The position numbers and the translations under genes are program-made. 64,000 nt of DNA, taken from contig JAFGXN010000007.1 in assembly GCA_016936615.1 (NCBI GenBank), positions 28,575-92,574 of the forward strand, given 5' to 3'. This DNA comes from Spirochaetales bacterium (GTDB lineage Bacteria > Spirochaetota > Spirochaetia > JAFGXN01). Shown one piece after another: positions 20,838-30,651 of the stretch. Every line of letters begins with the position of its first letter. Position 1 is the first letter of the stretch. Under the pieces are notes generated by a model that ran no database searches, was not told the DNA's origin, and worked only from the letters and a program-made list of their open reading frames with translations.

Positions 20838-20854
20838 ACGGGGCAATGCCCCGT
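20838..20854 (+). terminator. Putative intrinsic terminator after yjbQ
   Basis: ACGGGGC-AAT-GCCCCGT perfect 7-bp stem followed by a T-rich tract. Confidence 0.4.
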
Positions 20855-21027
20855 ATTAACTACTTTTTGTAATGCTTTTAACTTTTAATTATGTCTCACT
20901 TTTAAAACAAACGTTTTTACATTTAATTGCAATAGGAGTAGCAAATGGTACATTTTTTACTAAAAAAACTTTATAATAATGATAGGAAGAGAATTTATCT
21001 TTGTGATTAAACAAAAGTCTTTCCATA

Positions 21028-21061
21028 TTGACACAATATCACGATAAAAGTCAAGTGTCAA
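21028..21061. promoter_or_regulatory. Inverted repeat TTGACAC-N20-GTGTCAA upstream of the nucleobase permease
   Basis: Perfect 7-bp inverted repeat read directly from the sequence. It may be an operator site. Confidence 0.25.
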
Positions 21062-21175
21062 TAGTTTTTTGAGTTTTTTACAAAAAAAAATCCAAAACTT
21101 AAATTCTTCTCAAATTTCCTTGTTGATATCTCCAATTAATGCTATTTTTATATAAATAATCTAGGAGAAAACCCC

Positions 21176-22537
21176 ATGAGCCATGTACGTTACGACGTAA
21201 ACCAAAAGCCACCAGTCAAGAACTGGATATTTTTAAGCCTTCAACATGTCTTTGCTATGTTTGGAGCAACAATATTAGTACCTATAGTAACAGAACTATC
21301 TGTGTCAGCAGCACTTTTTACATCTGGAATAGGAACTCTACTATACATTGTCATAACAAGGGGAAAGGTTCCAGCCTATCTTGGATCATCTTTTGCCTTC
21401 ATTGCACCACTACAGATGATTTCAACAAGTTACGGAGTAGAATATGCAATGGGCTCAGCCTTCTGTGTCGGAATTTTCTATTGTATTGTTGGAATAATAA
21501 TCCGTTTCACTGGTACAAAATGGATAGAAAAGGTAATGCCACCAGTCGTGATTGGAAGCGTAATCATGGTTATTGGTCTAAAGCTAGCACCAACTGCTAT
21601 GAGTATGGCCATGAATGGAAGTGGCGCCGAATACAAGCTAGAATATATGGCTATAGCCTTCTTCACACTTGGAGTAGCAATAACCTGCGCAATTGTCTTA
21701 AAAGGCTTCTTTAATGTAATTCCAATACTAATTGCAATAGTTGCAGGATATCTTTTTACCCTGATTCTTGGTCTTATTTTTCCAAATTCAGCATTCAATA
21801 TAATAAACTTCACTGATATAAAATCAGCTAGCTGGTTCGCAGTAACAATGCCAAAGATGCCCAAATTTGCTATTATACCGATTCTCTCGTTTATAATTGT
21901 CTCTTTTGCAACCATTGCAGAGCACCTCGGAGATACAATGGTTATCGGAAAAATAATCGGTCGGGACATATACAAGAATCCAGGATTGAACAGAACACTT
22001 GCTGGAGATGGAGTTGCAACAGCCTTTGCCTCTCTCTTTGGTGGACCACCTAACACAACCTATGGAGAGAACATTGGAGTAATGTCAATAACACATGTCT
22101 ACTCAGTCTGGGTTATTGGAGGAGCTGCAGTTATAGCAGCAATTCTCTCCTTCTTCTCAAAGTTTGCTGCACTAATTACAACAATTCCAACCCCAGTGAT
22201 TGGTGGAGTGAGTATGATGCTTTTCGGAATAATCGCCTCAGCAGGGATCAGGACAGTCGTAGAGGCTGGAGAAGATTATACAGATAAGAAAAACTTAATC
22301 ATCTCGTCTGTAATACTTGTAACTGGAATTGGTGGAGCATCATTAAAGATTCCACTTGGAATAACCAGCGAAAAGCTAGGATCTCTCAGCTTCGAACTAG
22401 CTGGAATAGCATTTGCGACACTACTAGGAATATTCCTCAACCTAATATTACCTTCTACCCTTAACAAGGATCTCGAAGAGGAAAAATTAGTAAAAGAGGA
22501 ACTTTCTCAATCTAAACAGAACAAAGATTCAAAATAA
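21176..22537 (+). CDS. NCS2-family nucleobase permease (uracil/xanthine permease)
   Basis: About 12 TM helices with NCS2 signature regions (QHVFAMFGATILVP, GDGVATAFASLFGGPPNTTYGENIGV). Confidence 0.85.
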   Translation: MSHVRYDVNQKPPVKNWIFLSLQHVFAMFGATILVPIVTELSVSAALFTSGIGTLLYIVITRGKVPAYLGSSFAFIAPLQMISTSYGVEYAMGSAFCVGIFYCIVGIIIRFTGTKWIEKVMPPVVIGSVIMVIGLKLAPTAMSMAMNGSGAEYKLEYMAIAFFTLGVAITCAIVLKGFFNVIPILIAIVAGYLFTLILGLIFPNSAFNIINFTDIKSASWFAVTMPKMPKFAIIPILSFIIVSFATIAEHLGDTMVIGKIIGRDIYKNPGLNRTLAGDGVATAFASLFGGPPNTTYGENIGVMSITHVYSVWVIGGAAVIAAILSFFSKFAALITTIPTPVIGGVSMMLFGIIASAGIRTVVEAGEDYTDKKNLIISSVILVTGIGGASLKIPLGITSEKLGSLSFELAGIAFATLLGIFLNLILPSTLNKDLEEEKLVKEELSQSKQNKDSK

Positions 22538-22557
22538 ATAGTTTCACGCAAAACAGC

Positions 22558-22598
22558 AGAGGATTTTTCTGACTCAACAAGAAAAATCCTCTTTTTTT
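22558..22598 (+). terminator. Intrinsic terminator after the permease gene
   Basis: AGAGGATTTTT-13 nt-AAAAATCCTCT 11-bp stem followed by a run of seven T. Confidence 0.5.
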
Positions 22599-22724
22599 AT
22601 GCAAAAGAACCATAATGAATACAGAAAGTGAATCAAATATATCAAAATAGTCAAAAATCTACCACAAAATTTGCAAGTACCTCCAACTTTTACGATAATT
22701 AAGTTACCTAACAGGAGGCAACAA

Positions 22725-23690
22725 ATGAAAAAAACTTGCAAAAAAATTTTACTTGGGCTGTTGCTAGCAACAATTGTAGCAGCATGTGGAGAAATCGACT
22801 TAGAGAACAAACCATTCTACTCAACAGGGAAAACTATACTTCCTAGCTACGATGGAGACCTTGAAGCAATAGCTGCAAAACTTCAAAGCAGAAATACCGA
22901 ATGGAACTACGGAAATGCAATATATGAACTACATGCTCTTCTTGTAGATGATGCAGACTATGAGGGTAAAGGATACTTCAATATCTTCGACACACTACGA
23001 AGTGCAGATGAGCTCTACAAATCAGCATCATCTATTATTGGTAGCACAATCAGTAAAGCTGTGGCATCCCCAATCGACTTTGGCTTTGAAACTCAGACCT
23101 ACACAAAATATTATATCTATGAGAATAGTGATAACACCTATGTACGACAGGTCTTTCTAAAAGAGACTGAGACAAATGTGGATATCCTCTGCCTAACAAC
23201 TATCAACCGCGAAGGAACTACTTCCGGCAGCAAGAACAAATCTGTAACACAAGCAACCTATAACAAATCCTCAGGCGATGTAGAATTTGGAATGTTTATG
23301 GCAAACTATGTCGATACATCCTGGGAAGTTGTAAAGGCATATGCAGAAGGAAATGTCAACACATTTACTTTTACAACAAAAATATTAAGATCTGCTGCTG
23401 GATACAGCCATAATATAATTGGAAAAGGTGTCTCTAGCGAGACAGGATACTTCCTTCTAAAGCTGGCTAACAATTCAACAGATATAGCAGATGGAAAATT
23501 CTACAAGATAAACTCTAATGCTGATGTCGCAGCACTTCAGGCTCTAGATATTGCTGGTTTTGAAACCGCAGAATTAGCTGGCGATTCAACTGGCTATGCA
23601 GCAGGACTACCTTCAGCATACACAATGGAAACAGACATGCTTACACAACAACAGGTACAAGATCTAGTTCTAACTGTTACAATGGAGTAA
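22725..23690 (+). CDS. Hypothetical lipoprotein
   Basis: AGGAGG RBS, then MKKTCKKILLGLLLATIVAACGE (lipobox). No recognisable domain. Confidence 0.5.
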   Translation: MKKTCKKILLGLLLATIVAACGEIDLENKPFYSTGKTILPSYDGDLEAIAAKLQSRNTEWNYGNAIYELHALLVDDADYEGKGYFNIFDTLRSADELYKSASSIIGSTISKAVASPIDFGFETQTYTKYYIYENSDNTYVRQVFLKETETNVDILCLTTINREGTTSGSKNKSVTQATYNKSSGDVEFGMFMANYVDTSWEVVKAYAEGNVNTFTFTTKILRSAAGYSHNIIGKGVSSETGYFLLKLANNSTDIADGKFYKINSNADVAALQALDIAGFETAELAGDSTGYAAGLPSAYTMETDMLTQQQVQDLVLTVTME

Positions 23691-23709
23691 ACTAGCATAA
23701 GTAAAAAAA

Positions 23710-23737
23710 AACGGATTGAAGCTCAATCCGTTTTTTT
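23710..23737. terminator. Bidirectional intrinsic terminator between convergent genes
   Basis: AACGGATTG-aagct-CAATCCGTT 9-bp stem flanked by an A-run on one side and a T-run on the other. Confidence 0.55.
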
Positions 23738-23741
23738 ATTT

Positions 23742-25637
23742 TTAATTCTTAGATTTATAACAACCTAACAGTCTCAAATCTGCTGTCTTGTTAGCTAGAT
23801 CCTGCAAAAACCCATCTACAGTGGTGGTCTTACCTGCGATATCAATATCAGCGTAGAACATATACTGCCATGGACTACCAGCAATCGGCCGTGACTCAAG
23901 CTTTTTCATATTAAAATCATACTGCTTAAAGACATTAAGCGCCTCAAGCAAGGCTCCTGGCTGATCATCAACCGCAAAGACAAGCGAAGCCTTTGTTGTA
24001 TCTGCCTCAACCTTAGGGACACCCCTTTGAATAACAACAAAGCGAGTATAATTTCGTGGATTGTTTTCGATATTAATCTTAAGAACCTTCATATTCCACA
24101 ACACCGCAGAGTGCTCTCCGGCAATAGCGGCTAGACTAGGATCATTTTTCTGACTGATAAATTTGACAGATCCTGAAGTATCTGAATATGGAATAAGTTC
24201 AACATCACCTAAGGTTTCAAGAAATTTACTTGACTGAGATAGAGCCTGCGGATGAGAATAGACCTTTTTTATCTTATCAATAGAGCTATCCTGAGAGCCA
24301 ATCAAACTATGCTCGATTCTGATTGAGTTCTCAGCTGTAATATGTACATCTGGATATTGGATAATCAAATCGTAGTTAGAGTGAACAGAACCTGCTAAAG
24401 AGTTTTCAACAGGAAGAATTCCATACTCTGCTGTGCCACTAAGAACAGCATCAAAGACATCCTTAAACCCTTTACAAGGCATAGAGACATACTTTGCTTT
24501 ATCAAATGTCCGATACAAAGCAACTTCACTATATGCACCACTCTCACCTTGGAAAGCAACCTGAACCAAATCAGAAGTCCTCTCTGCTGAAACCTTTGGA
24601 ATCTCAGTGAAACTTGTCGAAAGACGAGCAACCTCTTTTCGAACAACAGGTGCAAGCACCTCAATATCTCGCATTAATTTCTCAAATTGCTCTGGATACA
24701 GGGATTGTGGTCCATCTGACATCGCATTCTCAGGTTCATGGTGAACCTCCACAACAACTCCGTGAGCCCCTCCAGAGACCGCAGCCAATGTCATAGGCAT
24801 TACACTATCGCGACGCCCTGTTCCGTGGCTAGGATCTACAAAGACAGGGAGATGAGTAAGTCTTTTTAAAACTGGAATCGCTGACAAATCAAGAGTATTC
24901 CGTGTCTCAGTCTCATAGGTTCTGATACCTCTCTCACAAAGAATAATCTTATCTGTTCCACTAGCGATCAAATATTCAGCAGCCATAAGCCATTCTTGAA
25001 TAGTTGCAGAGATTCCTCTCTTCAACAATACAGGCTTACCCAAGGAACCAACCGCCTTAAGCAACTCGAAATTCTGCATATTTCGTGCACCAATCTGCAC
25101 AATATCAACATATTTATCAAACAAAGCAACATCATTTGTAGAGACAATCTCAGTCATAACTGGCATACCGAAGGCATCACCAGCTTCGCGCAGATAGACT
25201 AGTCCCTCTTCGCCTAATCCTTGAAAAGAATAAGGACTAGTTCGTGGCTTAAATGCACCACCACGAAGAATAACAGCGCCTGACTTCTTCAGAAGCTCTG
25301 CAATTGTAAATATTTGCTCCCGAGACTCAATCGCACAAGGTCCAGCGACAGAGATAATTCTATCACCACCAATAGTAATCGGTCCGACATCAAAGACTGT
25401 GTCTTGAGCCTTAAACTCCCTCGAAGCGAATTTATAAGGCTTAGAAATTGGAAAAACCTTAGAGACACCAGGCCTCATCTCCACTTCCACCTTATCCAAA
25501 CTACCAAGCCCAACAGCTCCGAGAACTGTCTCCTCTTGCCCATGAATCTCTTTAATCTTATACCCTTTATCTTTTAAGAAGGTTATAAGTGAATTTTTTT
25601 CAACATCAGTTATGCTTTTTTTAAGTACTATTACCAT
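23742..25637 (-). CDS. Tri-domain fusion: ferredoxin-like regulatory domain + class I-beta DAHP synthase + prephenate dehydratase with ACT domain
   Basis: N-terminal AroG(I-beta)-type barrel (AGPCAIESREQ, GARNMQNF, FVDPSHGTG). C-terminal PDT (KVAFQGESGAYSE, GILPVENSLAG) and ACT with an ESRP motif (KKLESRPIAG). Confidence 0.85.
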   Translation of the reverse strand: MVIVLKKSITDVEKNSLITFLKDKGYKIKEIHGQEETVLGAVGLGSLDKVEVEMRPGVSKVFPISKPYKFASREFKAQDTVFDVGPITIGGDRIISVAGPCAIESREQIFTIAELLKKSGAVILRGGAFKPRTSPYSFQGLGEEGLVYLREAGDAFGMPVMTEIVSTNDVALFDKYVDIVQIGARNMQNFELLKAVGSLGKPVLLKRGISATIQEWLMAAEYLIASGTDKIILCERGIRTYETETRNTLDLSAIPVLKRLTHLPVFVDPSHGTGRRDSVMPMTLAAVSGGAHGVVVEVHHEPENAMSDGPQSLYPEQFEKLMRDIEVLAPVVRKEVARLSTSFTEIPKVSAERTSDLVQVAFQGESGAYSEVALYRTFDKAKYVSMPCKGFKDVFDAVLSGTAEYGILPVENSLAGSVHSNYDLIIQYPDVHITAENSIRIEHSLIGSQDSSIDKIKKVYSHPQALSQSSKFLETLGDVELIPYSDTSGSVKFISQKNDPSLAAIAGEHSAVLWNMKVLKINIENNPRNYTRFVVIQRGVPKVEADTTKASLVFAVDDQPGALLEALNVFKQYDFNMKKLESRPIAGSPWQYMFYADIDIAGKTTTVDGFLQDLANKTADLRLLGCYKSKN

Positions 25638-25703
25638 AATTTAAATTATCTTAGTAAATCCTTACTGTCAATATAGCCAGGACACTTTTTGCGACTATTC
25701 AAA

Positions 25704-26348
25704 CTAAAAAGAAATTCTGATATTTTTCTCCACTAGACAAGCCTTTCTAAGCTCTTTTTTCAACTCTTCACGATAATCCATTATGTCTGAAATATAATAA
25801 AGCGTAGATTTAGGTGCCCCACCCCGAGAGACACGCCCGCCACCAGCATTGTACCATGCAAGAGCAACAACCTCATCCTCAGTCTGATTCAAACAGTATC
25901 GCAAATGAGAAATTCCCAGCTTAGTATTAAGCTCAGGATCAAAGAAATCCTTAACATTCAACCACGGAAAAGAGAAATTATTCAACTGAAACAGACCCCT
26001 ATCAATTGAGATAGCGTTTTTATTAACCGCATCTGTGGTAAACCGACTCTCCTTCCAAGCAACAGCAAAGGCCAAATCGGCTGGAACATCATAGACAATA
26101 GAATTAGCAAGAATCTGAGCAGATATCAGCCGAGAACCAGTCCTCTTATCAAAAAAATCAAGAACAAACTCCCTTGTATCAGGATTCTTAAACAAAGTCT
26201 CAGCAAGGGAATTCCCCTCATCTGAAGACAAAATTACAACCTTATCTCTTTGAACATGTGATCGATCCTTCACAGATACACAAAAGGTTAGACTCAAACA
26301 AAGCAAACATACCAGGATGTTTACAGAAATCGAAATATTCTTTTTCAT
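25704..26348 (-). CDS. Lytic transglycosylase (SLT-domain) lipoprotein
   Basis: SLT motifs AVAWKESRF...GLFQLN...AWYNAGGG. N-terminal signal peptide. Confidence 0.7.
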   Translation of the reverse strand: MKKNISISVNILVCLLCLSLTFCVSVKDRSHVQRDKVVILSSDEGNSLAETLFKNPDTREFVLDFFDKRTGSRLISAQILANSIVYDVPADLAFAVAWKESRFTTDAVNKNAISIDRGLFQLNNFSFPWLNVKDFFDPELNTKLGISHLRYCLNQTEDEVVALAWYNAGGGRVSRGGAPKSTLYYISDIMDYREELKKELRKACLVEKNIRISF

Positions 26349-26491
26349 TTTACCCCTATCAACAAAGCAACTATAAATTTTGGTGCTTAAAATATATAAA
26401 ATGCTGGAAGCATTTTAAGAATTTATAAATACAACAAATTCAAACTTGTTTCAAGGTAGACAACATCGAATTTAGAGAATTTAAAGGCTTA

Positions 26492-27184
26492 TCAGAGCAA
26501 ATTCTGCGGAATATCAAGATCTCCGAGCGTAATCATCTCGGCGAGGGCTGATTGACACTGTCGCTGAGCCATCTCAATCTGCCCGAGCATCCCTGAATCG
26601 ACAAACATCATCTCCTCTTTCAAATAACCAGCAGAATCTTCCTCCATATTTGATAAGACCAAATCCTGAATCTTTTTGCTACTCCCCTTCAGAGCCATAG
26701 CCAAGACAACTGGATCAATCTGCTTCACAAATCGCTGAATAGATTTTGGCGAAAGATAAATAAGCTCATCAAAGAGACAGATTCTTTTTCTTATGGAAAA
26801 AAATAGATTTTTATTTTTCGTTTTGATCATATCGAGAAATTGATGCGCCTTCTCAAGATCAAACTCAAGCAAAGCAGATAAAAGCTTATCTTCTAATGGA
26901 AGAGAGAGAATCTTACCATTTTTCTTCTTCTCCAAGAACCAGTTTATCTCATTTATCACAGATCCAAGATAAATTTTCAACTGCTCTAACTCATCAGCAT
27001 CAGGAATTGTTGAAAAAAGCTTAATCGAACCATCTACAAATGCTTCAAGCTGCTGATTACTCATATTATTATAGATAGATACTGCCTCATCATATGGGAT
27101 CAACAGATAAATTAGGCTCTTCATCTCCGCGTCTAAGTTGTTTGTTAATGACTCTAATGTCTGAAATTGAAAAATTGATGCCAT
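26492..27184 (-). CDS. Short FliG-like protein (middle/C-terminal FliG domains only), outside any flagellar operon
   Basis: The C-terminal half aligns with the FliG C-domain consensus (SPKSIQRFVKQIDPVVLAMALKGSSKKIQDLVLSNM...EMITLGDLDI, compare ...ALKGAS..L.EKILSNMS...). At 230 aa it lacks the FliF-binding N-domain. Confidence 0.5.
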   Translation of the reverse strand: MASIFQFQTLESLTNNLDAEMKSLIYLLIPYDEAVSIYNNMSNQQLEAFVDGSIKLFSTIPDADELEQLKIYLGSVINEINWFLEKKKNGKILSLPLEDKLLSALLEFDLEKAHQFLDMIKTKNKNLFFSIRKRICLFDELIYLSPKSIQRFVKQIDPVVLAMALKGSSKKIQDLVLSNMEEDSAGYLKEEMMFVDSGMLGQIEMAQRQCQSALAEMITLGDLDIPQNLL

Positions 27185-27238
27185 AATACCTTCCTATTAT
27201 GACATCAAGTATAATTAAGATATGAAAAATGTCAAATT

Positions 27239-28300
27239 TTAGCGTACGAGACTTGTTCCAAGCTTAGACTTTAATTCATTCTCAAGAGTCAATAGCTCAG
27301 CCTCTGCCTGCTTTCGCTTTAGTCTTCCTTCTTCCTGAATCTTTAGAGTTTCCTCAATAGTCGAAATCAAATCAAAATTAACTTTTTTCAAAGTCTCAAT
27401 TTCTACTATTCCTTTCTCATTCTCTCTTGCAACTTCCACCGATCCTTGTTTTAACATCTCAGAATTCTTGAGTAACAGATCATTCGTTGTCTTTGTAACA
27501 GATTTCTGAATCTCTACCGCCTTTTTTTGTCTGAACAAACTAATAGCAATAACAATTTGATTTTTCCATAGAGGAATAGTATTAAGTATCGACGACTGAA
27601 TCTTCTCAACAAGAGTTTGATTATTACTTTGTATCAATCTAATTTGAGGTGAAGTTTGAATCGAAATCATCCTGCTAAGCTTCAAATCGTGAACTCTTTT
27701 TTCAAACCTTAATACAAATTGCTCTAAGTCGTGAAAATTTTGAGCAATCGAAGGATCTTGAGTTTCTTCTGCTTTTGCTTTTAAAGCAGGTAAATCTGTT
27801 GCCAAAAGATCTTTAATCTTAGCCTCACCCGCAGCAATGAAACAATCCAAATTTCTCAAATACTCTTGATTTTTCTCATACATAGTATCAAGCATTGCTA
27901 TGTCTTTAAGCAAGTTCAAGCGTGAAGAATCTAACTGGTCGACTATCTTCTCAATCTGAACACTAACTTTGTCATACCTAGCAATAAATTTTCTTGTGGC
28001 GTTCCAAAGATTTCCAAGGATAGGAATGCGAGAAGCACCCCCGTCTAATTTATCAACCTTCAAGTCCTTAACCTTAAGAACAAGATCTGTAAGAACATCA
28101 CCGACATAACCAGTATCTTTTGAACGAATTTCACTTAGAATAGTATCCGCAAAAGTAGAAATCTCTTTCTGAGCATTTACACCAAAGACAACAATATCGT
28201 TTGATGATGATATGTTTATTTGGTTTTTTATCTCCTGAATTTTTACCTTATCTGCTTCCATAAAAGAAATAGACTCAGACTCATTTTTTTTCCCTTCCAT
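27239..28300 (-). CDS. TelA-family (toxic anion resistance / YaaN-like) protein
   Basis: Size, coiled-coil-rich composition, and an immediate upstream 2TM XpaC-like partner, matching the Bacillus xpaC-yaaN arrangement. The family is assigned from memory of the TelA profile, not from a search. Confidence 0.5.
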   Translation of the reverse strand: MEGKKNESESISFMEADKVKIQEIKNQINISSSNDIVVFGVNAQKEISTFADTILSEIRSKDTGYVGDVLTDLVLKVKDLKVDKLDGGASRIPILGNLWNATRKFIARYDKVSVQIEKIVDQLDSSRLNLLKDIAMLDTMYEKNQEYLRNLDCFIAAGEAKIKDLLATDLPALKAKAEETQDPSIAQNFHDLEQFVLRFEKRVHDLKLSRMISIQTSPQIRLIQSNNQTLVEKIQSSILNTIPLWKNQIVIAISLFRQKKAVEIQKSVTKTTNDLLLKNSEMLKQGSVEVARENEKGIVEIETLKKVNFDLISTIEETLKIQEEGRLKRKQAEAELLTLENELKSKLGTSLVR

Positions 28301-28311
28301 AAAACATCTCC

Positions 28312-28929
28312 TTATTTTTTATCTAAACCATCCATTTTTAATGCTTGTTCTAAAACTTTCAGTTCGCTATTTAAATCTAAAACATCATCACTAAGCAAAT
28401 TTTCCAATTGCTTCTCAAAAGCTACCGAAATTTGATCGAGTAAAGATTCTACATTCGCTAACGTCGCAGAAATTCCCTGAGATTGAATTCCGTGACTGGT
28501 TAAATTCCTATATTTTTTTATTATGTTGATTGTAGTATCAAGATAGTAATTCAAAAAACTCTTTGCGCTCTTAACATCTTTAGGATCTTTCTTAAAGTTT
28601 TCAAAAATTCTATTAACAACGTCTATAATCTTTGAAATTTTTTCTTTTATATGAGGCTCTTTTTCTGAAGAATATAAATCCTTTATAACCTGAAACTTAG
28701 CCATTCCATCACGCATAGCTTCTTCGTAATCCTTCTGGGAAAGACCACCAAAATCTAATGCAACTTTTTTTCTTGAAGAAAAAATCAAATCAAATCCTAT
28801 ATAAACACCAACCGCGACCAACCCAGCGCCCCATACTGGGAGTTTAATAAGAAAACTAAAAACTAAAAAAGATAAAACAGCAAGAGCAGGCGGAATGATG
28901 TATTTTTTTATATTCATTTTTAAATTCAT
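28312..28929 (-). CDS. XpaC-like (5-bromo-4-chloroindolyl phosphate hydrolysis protein family) membrane protein
   Basis: Two N-terminal TM helices plus an about-140 aa soluble helical domain. Positioned 11 nt upstream of the TelA-like gene. Assignment is by architecture and synteny. Confidence 0.4.
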   Translation of the reverse strand: MNLKMNIKKYIIPPALAVLSFLVFSFLIKLPVWGAGLVAVGVYIGFDLIFSSRKKVALDFGGLSQKDYEEAMRDGMAKFQVIKDLYSSEKEPHIKEKISKIIDVVNRIFENFKKDPKDVKSAKSFLNYYLDTTINIIKKYRNLTSHGIQSQGISATLANVESLLDQISVAFEKQLENLLSDDVLDLNSELKVLEQALKMDGLDKK

Positions 28930-28930
28930 C

Positions 28931-29764
28931 CTACCCCTCTAACCTTGAAATATCAGCAAGAAAGAGAGTCTTCAAACTTTGTCCGAGTTCATTCTTATCA
29001 GAAGCTGACATAATCCGAGCACCTCCATTTTCTAAATTTGAAAATAGATTAGAAGTAATATCAAATCCGACAAAACTAACAAGAATATTATTTGTATAAA
29101 CAGGGAAATTCCCATCTCGAAAATTATTTTTATTAAAGACAATCGCATCCAACACAATCTCAGGAAGAACCCCAGAAGTATTAGCACCATCTGTAACAAT
29201 AATCAAACTCTTAAAGATAGTTCCAGACTGTGCTAGAACTTCAGAACCATACTCAAGAGTCCTACCAAGTGCAGTTGGTCCTTCAGGTAAAAAATTATCA
29301 GGGTCTGATACAATGGATTTCAATTCCGCAAACGAACCTGAATCCATTTCAGTTAACTCAAAAAGAGGCTTAACCTCAGAGCTAAACCCAACAAGAGCTA
29401 ATTTTAGAATCAAGCCACTATTCTTTTCTTTTTTGTAAAAATCTTCAAAAAATTCTACAATATCTTGTAAAGACTCGGATGCTTGAAGATATTTTGCTCG
29501 AAAATCTTTCCCGCTTGCAGGGGTATCAAACATAGATCCCGAACAATCAACACCAATAAAAATTGAAAGCCCTAGATCATCCTGCGAAGACAGGACTGGC
29601 TTGAAATTTTTTGAGAACGTTAACTCATAACTATCTTTGACTAATACAATCGATGTCTCATTACTTTCTTCACTATCACTCAACTGAATATACAAGAAGA
29701 CAAGTCCAAAAAATACAACAATGGCTATCGAGATTAAACTCTTTTTTTTCTTTTTATCACTCAC
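28931..29764 (-). CDS. Membrane-anchored von Willebrand factor A (vWA) domain protein (TerY-like)
   Basis: N-terminal TM anchor. MIDAS motif DCSGSM, with downstream Thr/Asp positions (IIVTDGANTSG). Confidence 0.7.
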   Translation of the reverse strand: MSDKKKKKSLISIAIVVFFGLVFLYIQLSDSEESNETSIVLVKDSYELTFSKNFKPVLSSQDDLGLSIFIGVDCSGSMFDTPASGKDFRAKYLQASESLQDIVEFFEDFYKKEKNSGLILKLALVGFSSEVKPLFELTEMDSGSFAELKSIVSDPDNFLPEGPTALGRTLEYGSEVLAQSGTIFKSLIIVTDGANTSGVLPEIVLDAIVFNKNNFRDGNFPVYTNNILVSFVGFDITSNLFSNLENGGARIMSASDKNELGQSLKTLFLADISRLEG

Positions 29765-30651
29765 TTTCCCACCTCTAAATTAAAAATCATATCATTAAAA
29801 TAGTTCACAATATCAACGAATTCATTTTTTCCATGCATTATGCGTGAATTTTCTTCTGGTCTCGGAACATCAGTAGTAGAAACAATATTACCCTTCTGCA
29901 TTACCCATATTCTATCACCAAGAAAAACAGCTTCAGCAATGTCATGCGTAACAATAATAACAGTAAGCTCATTTGAAGGCTTATAAAATAGTAATTCCGC
30001 CATCAAATCCTGCATTTCCCACCTTATCTTCCGATCTAATGCGCCAAAAGGTTCGTCCATCAAAAGAATTTTCGCATCCATACTCAATGATCTTGCAATA
30101 GCAACACGTTGTTGCATACCCCCAGAGAGCTGAGATGGATACTTCTTTTCAGCTCCAGTCAGATACATTCTATCAACCCAGTATTTTGCAATCTCCTGAG
30201 CCTCTTTTCTTTTTTTCTTCTTCACATGAATTAAAGGATAAGCAATATTGTCTAAAACATTCAAGAATGGAAAAGACGAATATTTTTGAAAAACCATTCC
30301 TCTATCCTGACTTGGTCCAGAAACAGAAACTCCTCCCATGAATAGCTCGCCTCCAGATGGTTGCTCCAATCCTGCAATTAATCGTAACAATGTGGATTTT
30401 CCACAGCCTGAGGGACCTAAAAGAGAAATTACCTCAGGCATCCCAGCAATATCATCAATTTTGAAGGATAAGTCAGGAAGAACTAGATGATCACCATATT
30501 GTTTTGTTAGATTTTTAGCTTCTAAAATAGGATTAGGTCGAACATTTTCTGAGATTCTAGAGGCTTGAAGAGTAGCTAAATTATGAAAAACCTCGTTATC
30601 TATCTTAGGTTCGATATTTAATTTATTTTCCATTTCGTTGTCCTCTGTCAT
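29761..30651 (-). CDS. ABC transporter ATP-binding protein, NitT/TauT (nitrate/sulfonate/taurine/bicarbonate) family
   Basis: Walker A GPSGCGKST, Q-loop, signature LSGGMQQRVAIARSL, Walker B LLMDEPFGALD. Confidence 0.85.
   Translation of the reverse strand: MTEDNEMENKLNIEPKIDNEVFHNLATLQASRISENVRPNPILEAKNLTKQYGDHLVLPDLSFKIDDIAGMPEVISLLGPSGCGKSTLLRLIAGLEQPSGGELFMGGVSVSGPSQDRGMVFQKYSSFPFLNVLDNIAYPLIHVKKKKRKEAQEIAKYWVDRMYLTGAEKKYPSQLSGGMQQRVAIARSLSMDAKILLMDEPFGALDRKIRWEMQDLMAELLFYKPSNELTVIIVTHDIAEAVFLGDRIWVMQKGNIVSTTDVPRPEENSRIMHGKNEFVDIVNYFNDMIFNLEVGK

Noticed and set aside
21478-22056. 192-aa reverse-strand ORF inside the nucleobase permease gene
   Set aside because: The sense strand encodes a 12-TM NCS2 transporter with conserved motifs. 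The antisense ORF is Pro/Ile-rich junk.
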